In this document: positions 61,463-64,000 of the stretch, piece by piece
Layout of the letters: every line of letters starts with the position of its first letter
How positions within the stretch are numbered: the first letter of the stretch is position 1
DNA from: the human T2T-CHM13v2.0 reference genome, Homo sapiens
Reading direction: 5' to 3' (one strand)
DNA length: 64,000 bases
Assembly (NCBI RefSeq): GCF_009914755.1
Contig: NC_060928.1
Position numbers and translations under genes: made by a program
Notes under the pieces: generated by a model
What the model saw: the letters and a program-made list of their open reading frames with translations, nothing else
The model's database searches: none
What the model was told of the DNA's origin: nothing

Positions 61463-62051
61463 CTAGCCTCTGACGGTGTGTAGTCTCGGGGCGGGAAGGG
61501 GAGTGCCATGATGCCGGCTGTGGCCATGGCCACCCCTTTGTCCCCACATCGTCTAAGGATTTTCACCCCCACTTGCAAACACGGGAGATGCTCCTGGAGG
61601 TGGGACAGTGCCCGGTGTGCTGGGGAGGACCATTGGGGCTCGCTGCTGCTTCAGGGAGGGCACATCGTCTTCACAGCTAATTCCCACTGGGGTTTATTTG
61701 TTGCCCCTGTTTGTGTCTGTGGGGCTGGGGCTCAGCTCCACGTGGTCACCCAGGACCCAGTAGACAGGGTGGCCATTGCAGCAGGTGCCTGTGAGGAGAG
61801 GACACTCCCACAGAAGGAGCACATGTCGCCGGCACTCACGGCCCACTGGCCAGAGCTGGCCACGGCCCCCTTGCTGCTGGGGGAGCCCGATGGCTGTCTC
61901 AGCCACAGCCAGCCATGGTGGTGGCCTTGCCACCCGGCGGCATCCCCGGTGCTAGACACTAAGCTCCCAGAGGGCAGAGAACACAATGCTTTTGCTCCTC
62001 CTGCCTCCATGGTTTGGCCCTCATCTTCATTCCCACGAGGAGCCCTTTCTT

Positions 62052-62118
62052 CTGTGTGCACGCATGTGTCTCTGTGTATGTGTGTGTCTGCATGTGTGTG
62101 TGCATGTGTGTGCATGCG
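62052..62118. repeat. Imperfect (TG)n tract
   Basis: tgtgtgca...tgtgtgtgtgcatgtgtgtgcatg. Confidence 0.75.
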
Positions 62119-62629
62119 TTGGCACTGGGAGCCTCAATCGTGGTGTTATTTTTCAGATATAACCGACATCTGATTTCCCTCTGTGATTTTTTGGCTGCTT
62201 GTTTTTAGCCCCAGGATTATTTTCTCAATAGCACTCTAGCAGAGCTTTTATCCCAGCTGAATACAGTCTGCACGCAGGAAGTGTGAGCTGGTTCTGATAT
62301 CGGTGGAATAGCTGGATTGTAAACCTGCGGCATGGGAGTCCTCAGGAGCTGCCTCATTTAGAAGCATCTGGGCTGCCATCCTTTTGAGCTTGTGCCTCCT
62401 TAACTGAGAAATGACAGAGCTGAGCAAAGCCGGGAAAGACGCAGGAAGGAGGCCTGGCAGCCCTGAATCAGTTTCTCCAAGAAACAGGCCTGAGGTTTGA
62501 AGAGATTCAGGTTAGAAATCAATGAGGAGATTTTTTGGTCTCCGCTAATTTTTTAGATAATCAGGTGAGATCCAAGTGTACCATGCTAAAGATTTTTGAA
62601 CGTTAAAATTGCTTTTTCATTTTTGATGG

Positions 62630-63190
62630 GCCATTCTACTCCTGGGCATCTACCCAAAGGAGCTCAAAGTAGGGACTTGAGCAGACACGTCTTTGCCAAT
62701 GTTCACAGCAGCACGGTTCACACTGGCCAAGAGGTGGAAACAACCCAGATGGCCAGCAGTGATGAATGGACACACAAAACGTGGTCTAAACATACAATGG
62801 AATATTATTCAGCCTTAAAAAAGAATGAAATTCTGACACGTTCTGCAATGTGGATGAGCCTTGAGGAGATTACGCTCAGTGAAATAAGCCCGACACAAAA
62901 GGACAGCTATTGTGTGGTTCTGCTGGTCTGAAATGTCCAGACTATGCAGGTCTTACACAGAGACAGAAAGTAGAATGGTGGGTGTCGGGGCTGGGGGAGG
63001 GCAGCTGGGAGCTAGTGTTTGATGGGGACAGAGTTTCTGTTTGGGAAGACAAGAATGTTCTGGAGGTGGATAATGGTGATGGTTGCACACCACTGTGAGT
63101 GTGCTTAATGCCTCTGAACTGTACACCTAAAAGTGGCTAAGATGGCAAATTTTATGTTATATATAGTTTGCCACAATTAAAAAAATTAAT
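62630..63190 (+). mobile_element. L1MB-type 3' end
   Basis: gttcacagcagc...gatgaatggacacacaaa...atggaatattattcagccttaaaaagaatgaaattctgacac...atggcaaattttatgttat. Confidence 0.85.
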
Positions 63191-63477
63191 AATGTAAAAA
63201 ACATACCTGGGATGGGTTTGCAAAAGTTCTGCCAGAAACAGGAATGGATGTGTTTAGGAGAATCTGGGCAGAGAACCAGGAATGAAAGCCAATTAAACCT
63301 CTTTGAGAACTCTTACTTAGGCAATTTTAATTTCTTCTAAGTAGTAAAATAGGTAAGACCAACAAATTAAATACTTCTTGCAAAAACAAAATTGACAAAA
63401 TGTATGGCTCATTTACATTGTAAATCTACAATTAAGATGGGAAATAAACCAATTCTGGACACCTGAACCGGTGAGAC

Positions 63478-63932
63478 GAGTTGAATTGTGTCCTCCAAAA
63501 TTCATGTGTTGAAATTCAAACTCCCAGCATCCCAGAATGTGACCTGATTTGGAGATGGGGCCTTGGCTGAGACAGTCAACTTAAAATGAAATCATTAGGG
63601 TGGGCCTTAATCCAGTAGGACTGGTGTCCTTATAAAGAGGAGAAATTTGGAGACACACACACACAGGGAGAGCGCCGCATGAAGATGAAGGCAGAAACTG
63701 GGGAGATGCTTTCACAAGCCAAAGACTGCCCAGGCTTGTGAGCAAAAACAACCTCCAGAAGCTGGAAGAGAGCCTTGCACAGATTTCCTCCCAGAGCCCC
63801 TAGAAGGAACCCACCCTGCCAACACCTTGATTTGGAACTTGCAGCCTCCAAAACTGTGAGATGATAAATTTCTGTTGTTTAAGCCACCCAGTTGGTGGTA
63901 CTTTGTTACAGCAGCCTTAGAAACTAATGCAA
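63478..63932 (+). mobile_element. MLT1B/C-type MaLR LTR
   Basis: ttgaattgtgtcctccaaaattcat...cagaatgtgacct...ataaatttctgttgtttaagccacccag...cagcagcc.tagaaactaat. Confidence 0.85.
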
Positions 63933-64000
63933 GTAAATAAAACACCAGAAAGATTTTCCTTTTCCCTGTATTGTGTTCGGATTTCCCTCTGCTCATGAAG

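Overview
Human-like (primate) euchromatic DNA matching the 4p16.1 CCDC96-TADA2B-GRPEL1 locus; the identification rests on recognising the translated proteins. Three protein-coding genes: intronless CCDC96/CFAP184 (minus strand, 555 aa) head-to-head on a shared CpG island with two-coding-exon TADA2B (plus strand, 420 aa; ZZ-SANT-SWIRM SAGA subunit), which converges on four-exon GRPEL1 (minus strand, 217 aa mitochondrial GrpE). The rest is repeat-rich: about 35 Alus, an L1PA fragment with an apparent 3' transduction nested in a split AluJ, Tigger3 nested in Tigger4, MER5/MER58/MLT1/L1M relics, several mini- and microsatellites, and a two-LTR MER41A-type provirus (50382-57548, minus strand) with a 4-bp TSD, PPT and tRNA-Arg PBS. 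The most unusual signals are inside that provirus: a near-perfect 12x35-bp VNTR whose unit resembles the T-arm of the priming tRNA-Arg, a duplicated U5-PBS-splice-donor module, and a captured tRNA-Glu-like sequence. Repeat subfamily and tRNA comparisons are from remembered consensus sequences, not a search. No CRISPR or prokaryotic system is present.
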